Part shown: positions 54,162-64,000 of the stretch, in pieces
How positions within the stretch are numbered: the stretch's first letter is position 1
How the letters are laid out: every line of letters starts with the position of its first letter
Assembly (NCBI RefSeq): GCF_041886205.1
Contig: NZ_CP169029.1
Source of the DNA: Escherichia coli
GTDB taxonomy: Bacteria; Pseudomonadota; Gammaproteobacteria; Enterobacterales; Enterobacteriaceae
DNA length: 64,000 nt
Reading direction: 5' to 3' (one strand)
Made by a program: the position numbers and the translations under genes
Notes under the pieces: generated by a model
What the model was told of the DNA's origin: nothing
What the model saw: only the letters and a program-made list of their open reading frames with translations
Database searches by the model: none

Positions 54162-55502
54162 ATGAGTTCTCAATTTACGACGCCTGTTGTTACTGAAATG
54201 CAGGTCATCCCGGTGGCGGGTCATGACAGTATGCTGATGAATCTGAGTGGTGCACACGCACCGTTCTTTACGCGTAATATTGTGATTATCAAAGATAATT
54301 CTGGTCACACTGGCGTAGGGGAAATTCCCGGCGGCGAGAAAATCCGTAAAACGCTGGAAGATGCGATTCCGCTGGTGGTAGGTAAAACGCTGGGTGAATA
54401 CAAAAACGTTCTGACGCTGGTGCGTAATACTTTTGCCGATCGTGATGCTGGTGGGCGCGGTTTGCAGACATTTGATTTGCGTACCACTATTCATGTAGTT
54501 ACCGGGATAGAAGCGGCAATGCTGGATCTGCTGGGGCAGCATCTGGGGGTAAACGTGGCATCCCTGCTGGGCGATGGTCAACAGCGTAGCGAAGTCGAAA
54601 TGCTCGGTTATCTGTTCTTCGTCGGTAATCGCAAAGCCACACCGCTGCCGTATCAAAGCCAGCCGGATGACTCATGCGACTGGTATCGCCTGCGTCATGA
54701 AGAAGCGATGACGCCGGATGCGGTGGTGCGCCTGGCGGAAGCGGCGTATGAAAAATATGGCTTCAACGATTTCAAACTGAAAGGCGGTGTACTGGCCGGG
54801 GAAGAAGAAGCCGAGTCTATTGTGGCACTGGCGAAACGTTTCCCGCAGGCGCGTATTACGCTCGATCCTAACGGTGCCTGGTCGCTGAACGAAGCGATTA
54901 AAATTGGTAAATACCTGAAAGGGTCGCTGGCTTATGCAGAAGATCCGTGTGGTGCGGAGCAAGGTTTCTCCGGGCGTGAAGTGATGGCAGAGTTCCGTCG
55001 CGCGACTGGCCTGCCGACTGCAACCAATATGATCGCCACCGACTGGCGGCAGATGGGCCATACACTCTCGTTACAATCCGTTGATATCCCGCTGGCGGAT
55101 CCGCATTTCTGGACGATGCAAGGTTCGGTACGTGTGGCGCAAATGTGCCATGAATTTGGCCTGACCTGGGGTTCACACTCAAACAACCACTTCGATATTT
55201 CCCTGGCGATGTTTACCCATGTTGCCGCCGCTGCACCGGGTAAAATTACTGCTATTGATACGCACTGGATCTGGCAGGAAGGTAATCAGCGCCTGACCAA
55301 AGAACCGTTTGAGATCAAAGGCGGGCTGGTACAGGTGCCAGAAAAACCGGGGCTGGGTGTAGAAATCGATATGGATCAAGTGATGAAAGCCCATGAGCTG
55401 TATCAGAAACACGGGCTTGGCGCGCGTGACGATGCGATGGGAATGCAGTATCTGATTCCTGGCTGGACGTTCGATAACAAGCGCCCGTGCATGGTGCGTT
55501 AA
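54162..55502 (+). CDS. gudD: D-glucarate dehydratase GudD (enolase superfamily, 446 aa)
   Basis: Internal ATG at 54162 gives [32 protein letters not shown]; overlaps the gudX stop region. Confidence 0.94.
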   Translation: MSSQFTTPVVTEMQVIPVAGHDSMLMNLSGAHAPFFTRNIVIIKDNSGHTGVGEIPGGEKIRKTLEDAIPLVVGKTLGEYKNVLTLVRNTFADRDAGGRGLQTFDLRTTIHVVTGIEAAMLDLLGQHLGVNVASLLGDGQQRSEVEMLGYLFFVGNRKATPLPYQSQPDDSCDWYRLRHEEAMTPDAVVRLAEAAYEKYGFNDFKLKGGVLAGEEEAESIVALAKRFPQARITLDPNGAWSLNEAIKIGKYLKGSLAYAEDPCGAEQGFSGREVMAEFRRATGLPTATNMIATDWRQMGHTLSLQSVDIPLADPHFWTMQGSVRVAQMCHEFGLTWGSHSNNHFDISLAMFTHVAAAAPGKITAIDTHWIWQEGNQRLTKEPFEIKGGLVQVPEKPGLGVEIDMDQVMKAHELYQKHGLGARDDAMGMQYLIPGWTFDNKRPCMVR

Positions 55503-55514
55503 GACAGAAAACCA

Positions 55515-55540
55515 AAACCGGCTCTGTCAGGAGCCGGTTT
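55515..55540 (+). terminator. hairpin aaaccggctc / gagccggttt (6-nt loop) 13 nt after the gudD stop; candidate gudPXD terminator
   Basis: Perfect 10-bp inverted repeat read from sequence; followed by ttt. Confidence 0.55.
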
Positions 55541-55564
55541 GAGACTGATGCCAAACACAAAATT

Positions 55565-55593
55565 GCCTGATGCGCTACGCTTATCAGGCCTAC
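55565..55593. repeat. REP element (GCCTGATGCGCTACGCTTATCAGGCCTAC)
   Basis: Classical E. coli REP consensus read directly from sequence in the gudD-barA convergent intergenic region. Confidence 0.8.
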
Positions 55594-55626
55594 ATGCTTT
55601 TTAATTTATTGAATTTAATTGGTTTT

Positions 55627-55661
55627 GTAGGCCGGATAAGGCGTTAACGCCGCATCCGGCA
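55627..55661. repeat. REP element (GTAGGCCGGATAAGGCGTTAACGCCGCATCCGGCA); forms a BIME-like pair with the preceding REP
   Basis: Second REP in inverted orientation 33 bp from the first. Confidence 0.8.
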
Positions 55662-55734
55662 TAAACACAGGCACTTTGTCACCAATCTGAAACCAGCGTC
55701 ATAAAAAGCCGATTGCTACTCGACAAGACGTCCG

Positions 55735-58491
55735 TTACCCGAGAATTTTGCTGGCTTCGCGCGCGACATTATCCATCTCGTCCAACAGTTCCAGCAGCTC
55801 CGGCTCCAAATCTTCTTCTTTAGTACCGCTACGTAGCTGTTGTTCGATCAGTTGGCAGAGATTCTTCATACGCGGCACACCGCTATAGCCGCAACTGCCA
55901 TGCAGTTTATGAATCAAATCAACCAGGCCTTCTGGGTTTTCTCCAACCAGCTGTTCCTCAACTTTGTTGCGAACTTCAGGCAGGAAATCGAGTAACATTT
56001 GCAGCATATCGCGCGCTAAATCGGTTTTTCCTGCTGCCTGGCGTAGTGCCAGTTGCCAGTCGAGGGTCGCATTCGGGTTCACCACAATTTCGTTGACTTC
56101 GGGCGTCACGACGCGAGACGAAATACCGCTGCCAGGCTTGTAGCGCAACAACAAATTATGCAATCGCTCTTCTTCAATCGGTTTCGCCAGATAATCGCTC
56201 ATCCCTGCGCCAAGCAGCTTCTCTTTTTGCCCGGCCATTGCATGCGCCGTTACCGCGATAACCGGCGTTTGTTGCTGATGGGGGAGCTGGTGGATGAGCT
56301 CGCAGGCCCGAATGCCATCCATGTCAGGCATTTGAATATCCATTAAGATCAAATCGAACGGCATCTGTTTCGCCCGTTCAACCGCCTGATGCCCGCTATC
56401 GCAAAGTTCCACATGTTGCACCATATCTTCCAGCAATGCGCCGATAAGTTTCAGGTTAGCGGGGTTGTCATCAACTGCCATGACTGTCATTGCCAGCTTG
56501 CTTTCATCGGTTACAGGCAAAAGCGTGTTTTGTTTGTGATGACAAAATTCCGTCAGGGCAGGCAACAGGCGTGTAGGTGTTAATGGTTTCAGCAGACACG
56601 CGCCGATACCATCTTGCTTGAGTTTTTCAGCATTGACTTGTGCATGGCAAGGAAGTGCCAGCATCAGGAAATCGGTCATCGATACCGCTTTCGCTAATCG
56701 CTCATGTTGCATTGTTAGCGGCTCGCGGAAGGTCACCGCGATGCCTAACAACATCATGTCGTAATGCGCGGGAGGCAGCGCGGAGAACGTTGGGCTATAA
56801 ACCACTTCCAGCGGCGTTTCACTTAAAATATCCAGCGTGCATTGCGCTGCTGCGGAGTTTGGTTCGACATAGGCCAGGCGCTTACCTGCGAGGCACTGGG
56901 TGGATGGCCCTTCGATAATAATGTTCGGGTTCAGATCGAGATTAATGTGGAACCAGAAAGTTGAACCGCGATTCGGCTGGCTATGGAACGAAATATCGCC
57001 GCCCATTTCATTAACCAGTTTTTGTGTAATCACCAGCCCCAGCCCGGTGCCACCATGACGGCGGGAAATACTGGCATCAGCCTGTCGGAAGGCCTGGAAT
57101 AAGCGCGATTGATCGCGTTCAGGAATACCAATGCCGGTATCCCGAATCTGCACTTCAATCTGCACTTTGGTATTACTCAGCGCACGTTTTTCTACCAGAA
57201 TATCAATGTTGCCATTCTCGGTGAATTTAATTGCATTCCCCACCAGGTTAGTGATGATTTGCTGTAATCGCAGCGGGTCGCCGATCACGTTATCAGGCAC
57301 GTCGCTTTTAATATTGAGCGTCAGTTCCAACCCTTTATCGTGAGAAGAATGTGCCAGCAGAGTAACGACTTCATCCAGCGTGCTGCGTAGTGGGAATGGA
57401 ATACTTTCCAGAATCAGCTTACCTGCTTCCAGTTTCGAGAAGTCGAGAACATCATTAATAATTGCCAGCAAATTATTTGCCGAACGTTCAATCGTATTCA
57501 GGTGATCGCGCTGCGTTGGTGTTAATTCTGTTTTCAGCGTCAGGCGGGTAAAGCCAATAACACCATTCAGTGGTGTACGCAGCTCGTGTGACATATTTGC
57601 CAGAAACTCGGATTTAATACGCGCCGCTTCCTGGGCGCGCTTTTTCGCCAGATCCAACTCAACGTTCTGAATTTCCATCTGCTCCAGCGTTTCACGCAGA
57701 TCGGACGTCGCCTGGTCGATATTGTGCTGCATCTCTTCGTGATAAGCAGCCAGCGACATTGCCATCGAGTTGATACCGTTTTTCAGCATATCCAGCTCGC
57801 CGAGCATAAATCCTTCCACCCGGCTGTCGAGTTGCCCGCGACGGATGCGGTCGACGGTATTCACCATGTTGCGAATCGGACCGGTTACATCGCGCATTAA
57901 GCGCCAGCCAAAAATAAGCGCAATACCGATACAAAACAGCATCATCACGCTGGAAATAAAGATCTCTTTATATTGCTGCAAGCGAACCGATTTAAGATCC
58001 AGCTCAAGCGCAATATATCCCAACATATTTTGACTATTTTTGGCATCGCTACTGGGCGATTCGTCGGGGGAGTAACTCTCAGAAATAATCGGCGTGCGGA
58101 GGATCATAATATCGCCGTCACGAGTGACAGTGAGCTGGCGAGGAAAAGGCACGTTGCTGCCGAGCTGCATCGATGAGGGATCAAGATGAAAATTGGAGGT
58201 GACAAAGAGTCGGTTATTTTCATCATAAACCGAAATCGCGCGAACAATATCGGAATGGCGACGATGCAGTACGCTTATTAACTGACCGATAGATTCGCGA
58301 TTTTGCAGGCTCATGCCATATTCAGTAGAAACTGCAAGCGGCTCAATAATGCTGGCACCGGCATCTTCCAGTTGACGCTGCAAGTCGTTATAGCGATGCA
58401 CGACGAAAAAGATACTCAGCAATAAACCAATAAGGACGGTCGGTGCCAGGATCAGAATCATCATGCGTGCGCGCAGGCTGTAGTTGGTCAT
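55735..58491 (-). CDS. barA: hybrid sensor histidine kinase BarA (tripartite HK-REC-HPt, 918 aa)
   Basis: 918 aa; HisKA motif [15 protein letters not shown], receiver domain and C-terminal HPt; partner of UvrY, which controls csrB present in this window. Confidence 0.95.
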
Positions 58492-58547
58492 GGAGTTCCG
58501 TTATGGGACAATTAAGGTCACACTGTTAAATTGAGAAAGTCTCGCCA

Positions 58548-59849
58548 ATGGCGCAATTCTACTCTGCAAAACGACGCACGACGACGCGTCAGATCATAAC
58601 CGTTTCAGTCAACGACCTCGACTCTTTTGGTCAGGGCGTGGCGCGACATAACGGCAAAACGCTATTTATCCCCGGATTATTGCCGCAGGAAAACGCGGAA
58701 GTTACTGTTACTGAAGATAAAAAACAGTATGCCCGCGCTAAAGTCGTACGCCGGTTAAGCGATAGCCCGGAACGCGAAACGCCACGCTGTCCTCATTTTG
58801 GCGTATGCGGCGGCTGTCAGCAACAACACGCCAGCGTGGATTTACAGCAGCGAAGCAAAAGTGCGGCACTCGCCCGATTAATGAAACACGAAGTCTCTGA
58901 AGTGATCGCCGATGTTCCCTGGGGCTATCGCCGTCGCGCGCGTTTAAGTCTGAACTACTTACCGAAAACACAGCAACTTCAGATGGGGTTTCGCAAAGCG
59001 GGCTCCAGTGACATTGTCGACGTTAAACAATGTCCCATTTTAGTGCCCCAACTTGAAGCATTGCTGCCCAAAGTCAGGGCATGCCTGGGCAGCTTACAAG
59101 CTATGCGCCATCTTGGTCATGTTGAACTGGTACAGGCAACCAGCGGCACGCTGATGATTTTGCGCCATACCGCACCGCTAAGTTCGGTAGATCGCGAAAA
59201 ACTGGAACGCTTTTCGCATTCTGAAGGCCTGGATCTGTATCTCGCCCCCGATAGTGAGATACTCGAAACCGTCTCTGGTGAGATGCCCTGGTATGACTCA
59301 AACGGGTTGCGCTTAACTTTTAGCCCGCGCGATTTTATTCAGGTCAATGCGGGTGTGAACCAAAAAATGGTAGCGCGTGCGTTGGAATGGCTGGATGTTC
59401 AACCTGAAGATCGCGTACTGGATCTGTTCTGCGGTATGGGCAACTTTACACTGCCATTGGCGACACAAGCTGCCAGTGTGGTCGGTGTAGAAGGTGTTCC
59501 GGCGCTGGTGGAAAAAGGCCAGCAGAATGCGCGTCTTAATGGCTTACAGAATGTGACGTTTTATCACGAAAATCTTGAAGAAGATGTCACAAAGCAGCCG
59601 TGGGCGAAAAACGGCTTCGATAAAGTGTTGCTGGACCCGGCGCGAGCAGGTGCCGCAGGTGTTATGCAGCAAATTATAAAACTGGAACCTATTCGTATAG
59701 TTTATGTATCCTGTAACCCTGCAACGCTGGCTCGGGATAGCGAAGCGTTATTAAAAGCAGGATATACCATTGCGCGACTGGCGATGCTGGATATGTTCCC
59801 ACACACGGGACATCTGGAATCGATGGTACTTTTCTCGCGCGTTAAATAG
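58548..59849 (+). CDS. rlmD: 23S rRNA (uracil1939-C5)-methyltransferase RlmD (RumA, 433 aa)
   Basis: 433 aa; TRAM domain plus Fe-S cysteine cluster [11 protein letters not shown] and SAM methyltransferase fold. Confidence 0.94.
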   Translation: MAQFYSAKRRTTTRQIITVSVNDLDSFGQGVARHNGKTLFIPGLLPQENAEVTVTEDKKQYARAKVVRRLSDSPERETPRCPHFGVCGGCQQQHASVDLQQRSKSAALARLMKHEVSEVIADVPWGYRRRARLSLNYLPKTQQLQMGFRKAGSSDIVDVKQCPILVPQLEALLPKVRACLGSLQAMRHLGHVELVQATSGTLMILRHTAPLSSVDREKLERFSHSEGLDLYLAPDSEILETVSGEMPWYDSNGLRLTFSPRDFIQVNAGVNQKMVARALEWLDVQPEDRVLDLFCGMGNFTLPLATQAASVVGVEGVPALVEKGQQNARLNGLQNVTFYHENLEEDVTKQPWAKNGFDKVLLDPARAGAAGVMQQIIKLEPIRIVYVSCNPATLARDSEALLKAGYTIARLAMLDMFPHTGHLESMVLFSRVK

Positions 59850-59896
59850 TTACGATTTGCCGATTTCGGCAGGTCTGGTCCCTAAAGGAGAGGACA

Positions 59897-62131
59897 ATGG
59901 TTGCGGTAAGAAGTGCACATATCAATAAGGCTGGTGAATTTGATCCGGAAAAATGGATCGCAAGTCTGGGTATTACCAGCCAGAAGTCGTGTGAGTGCTT
60001 AGCCGAAACCTGGGCGTATTGTCTGCAGCAGACGCAGGGGCATCCGGATGCCAGTCTGTTATTGTGGCGTGGTGTTGAGATGGTGGAGATCCTCTCGACA
60101 TTAAGTATGGACATTGACACGCTGCGGGCGGCGCTGCTGTTCCCTCTGGCCGATGCCAACGTAGTCAGCGAAGATGTGCTGCGTGAGAGCGTCGGTAAGT
60201 CTGTCGTTAACCTTATTCACGGCGTGCGTGATATGGCGGCGATCCGCCAGCTGAAAGCGACGCACACTGATTCTGTTTCCTCCGAACAGGTCGATAACGT
60301 TCGCCGGATGTTATTGGCGATGGTCGATGATTTTCGCTGCGTGGTCATCAAACTGGCGGAGCGTATTGCTCATCTGCGCGAAGTAAAAGATGCGCCGGAA
60401 GATGAACGCGTACTGGCGGCAAAAGAGTGCACCAATATCTACGCGCCGTTGGCGAACCGTCTTGGGATTGGGCAACTGAAATGGGAGCTGGAAGATTACT
60501 GCTTCCGTTATCTGCACCCGACCGAATACAAACGCATCGCAAAACTGCTGCATGAACGCCGTCTCGACCGCGAACACTATATCGAAGACTTTGTCGGTCA
60601 TCTGCGCGCTGAGATGAAAGCTGAAGGCGTTAAAGCTGAAGTGTATGGCCGTCCGAAACACATCTACAGCATCTGGCGCAAAATGCAGAAAAAGAACCTC
60701 GCCTTCGATGAGCTGTTTGATGTGCGTGCGGTACGTATTGTCGCCGAGCGTTTACAGGATTGTTATGCCGCACTGGGGATAGTGCACACTCACTATCGCC
60801 ACCTGCCGGATGAGTTTGACGATTATGTCGCTAACCCGAAACCAAACGGTTATCAGTCTATTCATACCGTGGTTCTGGGGCCAGGTGGCAAAACCGTTGA
60901 GATCCAAATCCGCACCAAACAGATGCATGAAGATGCAGAGTTGGGTGTTGCTGCGCACTGGAAATATAAAGAGGGCGCGGCAGCTGGCGGCGCACGTTCG
61001 GGACATGAAGACCGGATTGCCTGGCTGCGTAAACTGATTGCGTGGCAGGAAGAGATGGCTGATTCCGGCGAAATGCTCGACGAAGTACGCAGCCAGGTCT
61101 TTGACGACCGGGTGTATGTCTTTACGCCGAAAGGTGATGTCGTTGATTTACCTGCGGGATCAACGCCGCTGGACTTCGCTTACCACATCCACAGTGATGT
61201 CGGACACCGCTGCATCGGGGCAAAAATTGGCGGGCGCATTGTGCCGTTCACCTACCAGCTGCAGATGGGCGACCAGATTGAAATTATCACCCAGAAACAG
61301 CCGAACCCCAGCCGTGACTGGTTAAACCCAAACCTCGGTTACGTCACAACCAGCCGTGGGCGTTCGAAAATTCACGCCTGGTTCCGTAAACAGGACCGTG
61401 ACAAAAACATTCTGGCTGGGCGGCAAATCCTTGACGACGAGCTGGAACATCTGGGGATCAGCCTGAAAGAAGCAGAAAAACATCTGCTGCCGCGTTACAA
61501 CTTTAATGATGTCGACGAGTTGCTGGCGGCGATTGGTGGCGGGGATATCCGTCTCAATCAGATGGTGAACTTCCTGCAATCGCAATTTAATAAGCCGAGT
61601 GCCGAAGAGCAGGACGCCGCCGCGCTGAAGCAACTTCAGCAAAAAAGCTACACGCCGCAAAACCGCAGTAAAGATAACGGTCGCGTGGTAGTCGAAGGTG
61701 TTGGCAACCTGATGCACCACATCGCGCGCTGCTGCCAGCCGATTCCTGGAGATGAGATTGTCGGCTTCATTACCCAGGGGCGCGGTATTTCAGTACACCG
61801 CGCCGATTGCGAACAACTGGCGGAACTGCGCTCCCATGCGCCAGAACGCATTGTTGACGCGGTATGGGGTGAGAGCTACTCCGCCGGATATTCGCTGGTG
61901 GTCCGCGTGGTGGCTAATGATCGTAGTGGGTTGTTACGTGATATCACGACCATTCTCGCCAACGAGAAGGTGAACGTGCTTGGCGTTGCCAGCCGTAGCG
62001 ACACCAAACAGCAACTGGCGACCATCGACATGACCATTGAGATTTACAACCTGCAAGTGCTGGGGCGCGTGCTGGGTAAACTCAACCAGGTGCCGGATGT
62101 TATCGACGCGCGTCGGTTGCACGGGAGTTAG
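59897..62131 (+). CDS. relA: GTP pyrophosphokinase RelA ((p)ppGpp synthetase I, 744 aa)
   Basis: 744 aa; MVAVRSAHINKAGEFDPEKWIASLG; followed by mazEFG. Confidence 0.96.
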   Translation: MVAVRSAHINKAGEFDPEKWIASLGITSQKSCECLAETWAYCLQQTQGHPDASLLLWRGVEMVEILSTLSMDIDTLRAALLFPLADANVVSEDVLRESVGKSVVNLIHGVRDMAAIRQLKATHTDSVSSEQVDNVRRMLLAMVDDFRCVVIKLAERIAHLREVKDAPEDERVLAAKECTNIYAPLANRLGIGQLKWELEDYCFRYLHPTEYKRIAKLLHERRLDREHYIEDFVGHLRAEMKAEGVKAEVYGRPKHIYSIWRKMQKKNLAFDELFDVRAVRIVAERLQDCYAALGIVHTHYRHLPDEFDDYVANPKPNGYQSIHTVVLGPGGKTVEIQIRTKQMHEDAELGVAAHWKYKEGAAAGGARSGHEDRIAWLRKLIAWQEEMADSGEMLDEVRSQVFDDRVYVFTPKGDVVDLPAGSTPLDFAYHIHSDVGHRCIGAKIGGRIVPFTYQLQMGDQIEIITQKQPNPSRDWLNPNLGYVTTSRGRSKIHAWFRKQDRDKNILAGRQILDDELEHLGISLKEAEKHLLPRYNFNDVDELLAAIGGGDIRLNQMVNFLQSQFNKPSAEEQDAAALKQLQQKSYTPQNRSKDNGRVVVEGVGNLMHHIARCCQPIPGDEIVGFITQGRGISVHRADCEQLAELRSHAPERIVDAVWGESYSAGYSLVVRVVANDRSGLLRDITTILANEKVNVLGVASRSDTKQQLATIDMTIEIYNLQVLGRVLGKLNQVPDVIDARRLHGS

Positions 62132-62208
62132 GCCGAAATTTGCTCGTATCTACAATGTAGATTGATATATACTGTATCTACATATGATAGCGGTTTGAGG
62201 AAAGGGTT

Positions 62209-62457
62209 ATGATCCACAGTAGCGTAAAGCGTTGGGGAAATTCACCGGCGGTGCGGATCCCGGCTACGTTAATGCAGGCGCTCAATCTGAATATTGATGA
62301 TGAAGTGAAGATTGACCTGGTGGATGGCAAATTAATTATTGAGCCAGTGCGTAAAGAGCCCGTATTTACGCTTGCTGAACTGGTCAACGACATCACGCCG
62401 GAAAACCTCCACGAGAATATCGACTGGGGAGAGCCGAAAGATAAGGAAGTCTGGTAA
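62209..62457 (+). CDS. mazE: antitoxin MazE (82 aa)
   Basis: [47 protein letters not shown], an AbrB/SpoVT-type fold. Confidence 0.95.
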
Positions 62458-62792
62458 TGGTAAGCCGATACGTACCCGATATGGGCGATCTGATTTGGGT
62501 TGATTTTGACCCGACAAAAGGTAGCGAGCAAGCCGGACATCGTCCGGCTGTTGTCCTGAGTCCGTTCATGTACAACAACAAAACAGGTATGTGTCTGTGT
62601 GTTCCTTGTACAACGCAATCAAAAGGATATCCGTTCGAAGTTGTTTTATCCGGTCAGGAACGTGATGGCGTAGCGTTAGCTGATCAAGTAAAAAGTATCG
62701 CCTGGCGGGCAAGAGGAGCAACGAAGAAAGGAACGGTTGTCCCAGAGGAATTACAACTCATTAAAGCCAAAATTAACGTACTGATTGGGTAG
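62457..62792 (+). CDS. mazF: mRNA interferase toxin MazF (ACA-specific endoribonuclease, 111 aa)
   Basis: [36 protein letters not shown]; start overlaps the mazE stop. Confidence 0.95.
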   Translation: MVSRYVPDMGDLIWVDFDPTKGSEQAGHRPAVVLSPFMYNNKTGMCLCVPCTTQSKGYPFEVVLSGQERDGVALADQVKSIAWRARGATKKGTVVPEELQLIKAKINVLIG

Positions 62793-62862
62793 TGTTACTA
62801 ACTCACTTCTATTCTGGTCACAGGTTTCCACCTGACAGACCCGCAATTTTCAGGACATTCTA

Positions 62863-63654
62863 ATGAATCAAATCGACCGTTTGCTCACTATTATGCAGCG
62901 CCTGCGCGATCCGGAAAACGGCTGCCCGTGGGATAAAGAGCAGACATTTGCCACCATTGCGCCTTACACCCTTGAAGAAACCTACGAAGTGCTGGACGCC
63001 ATCGCCCGTGAAGATTTTGACGATCTGCGCGGTGAACTGGGCGATCTGCTATTCCAGGTGGTGTTTTACGCGCAAATGGCTCAGGAAGAAGGGCGCTTTG
63101 ACTTTAATGATATTTGCGCTGCTATTAGCGATAAATTAGAGCGTCGCCATCCGCATGTTTTTGCTGATAGTTCTGCCGAAAACAGTAGTGAAGTGCTTGC
63201 CCGTTGGGAGCAAATCAAAACCGAAGAGCGCGCGCAGAAAGCGCAGCATTCGGCGCTGGACGATATTCCTCGTAGTTTACCGGCTTTAATGCGGGCGCAA
63301 AAAATCCAGAAACGTTGCGCCAACGTTGGCTTCGACTGGACGACGCTTGGCCCGGTGGTTGATAAAGTCTACGAAGAGATCGACGAGGTGATGTACGAGG
63401 CGCGGCAGGCTGTTGTCGACCAGGCTAAACTGGAGGAGGAAATGGGGGACCTGCTGTTTGCCACGGTTAATCTGGCTCGCCATTTAGGGACGAAAGCAGA
63501 AATCGCATTGCAAAAAGCGAACGAAAAATTCGAGCGTCGTTTTCGCGAAGTGGAGCGTATTGTTGCCGCGCGTGGACTGGAAATGACAGGTGTTGACCTC
63601 GAAACAATGGAAGAAGTCTGGCAACAGGTAAAACGGCAGGAAATTGATCTCTAA
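62863..63654 (+). CDS. mazG: nucleoside triphosphate pyrophosphohydrolase MazG (263 aa)
   Basis: 263 aa with tandem MazG domains; downstream of mazEF. Confidence 0.94.
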   Translation: MNQIDRLLTIMQRLRDPENGCPWDKEQTFATIAPYTLEETYEVLDAIAREDFDDLRGELGDLLFQVVFYAQMAQEEGRFDFNDICAAISDKLERRHPHVFADSSAENSSEVLARWEQIKTEERAQKAQHSALDDIPRSLPALMRAQKIQKRCANVGFDWTTLGPVVDKVYEEIDEVMYEARQAVVDQAKLEEEMGDLLFATVNLARHLGTKAEIALQKANEKFERRFREVERIVAARGLEMTGVDLETMEEVWQQVKRQEIDL

Positions 63655-63881
63655 GGGAATTACGCGGTCAAGCGCCATTTGTGTCATTTTTTAAATGACA
63701 AGCGCTTGATTTGCGTCAAAAACATTTACCCCAAAGGGGCTATTTTCTCACTCCTGATTTCAATAGTGCGCTGGCGAAGAGGAGGGATAATGAAAGTTTG
63801 TGGCACAGGTCATGTTCGGGTATACTGCTTTCCCGTCCTGGTTATTCCATCGTCTTTTCAACCTAACTTCTCAGGTTCAGC

Positions 63882-64000
63882 ATGACAACGAACTATATTT
63901 TTGTGACCGGCGGGGTCGTATCCTCTCTGGGTAAAGGCATTGCCGCAGCCTCCCTCGCAGCCATTCTTGAAGCCCGTGGCCTCAATGTGACCATCATGAA
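63882..64000 (+). CDS. pyrG: CTP synthase PyrG, N-terminal fragment (3' end outside window)
   Basis: ATG at 63882 gives [39 protein letters not shown], the conserved CTP synthase N-terminus. Confidence 0.9.

Overview
Escherichia coli-type chromosomal segment, in reverse-complement orientation relative to the usual K-12 map: ppdB'(3' end)-ygdB-ppdC-recC-ptrA-recB-recD | argA(-) | amiC | [accessory island ~5.5 kb] | metV-metW-metZ tRNA-fMet(-) | mltA-tcdA | csdE-csdA(-) | ygdI | gcvB sRNA(-) | gcvA-ygdD-rlmM | fucR-fucU-fucK-fucI(-) | [~6.8 kb module where fucP is expected] | fucA-fucO | xni-sdaB-sdaC-ppnN-queF(-) | syd | csrB sRNA | yqcC-truC-yqcA | gudP-gudX-gudD | barA(-) | rlmD-relA-mazE-mazF-mazG-pyrG'(5' start). 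Most of the window is conserved core genome, identified from the supplied ORF translations and remembered E. coli protein lengths and N-termini; no search was run. Two regions are not part of the K-12 arrangement as I remember it and are the main findings. (1) 15.5-21.0 kb: an AT-rich island between amiC and the 3' end of the tRNA-fMet cluster encoding a BglG-family antiterminator preceded by a leader terminator, a glucose-family PTS EIICB, a MalY-like PLP C-S lyase, a short KpsF/GutQ-like SIS isomerase and a D-2-hydroxyacid dehydrogenase. (2) 33.0-39.8 kb: a CUT2-type sugar ABC transporter, an FGGY pentulose-type kinase and a LacI-family regulator sit exactly where fucP should be, with twin perfect 16-bp palindromes in the fucI-proximal intergenic region and an apparently mosaic fucA. 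No CRISPR array, integrase, transposase or prophage gene was found. All coordinates for RNA genes, hairpins and operators were read by hand from the sequence and should be confirmed computationally.
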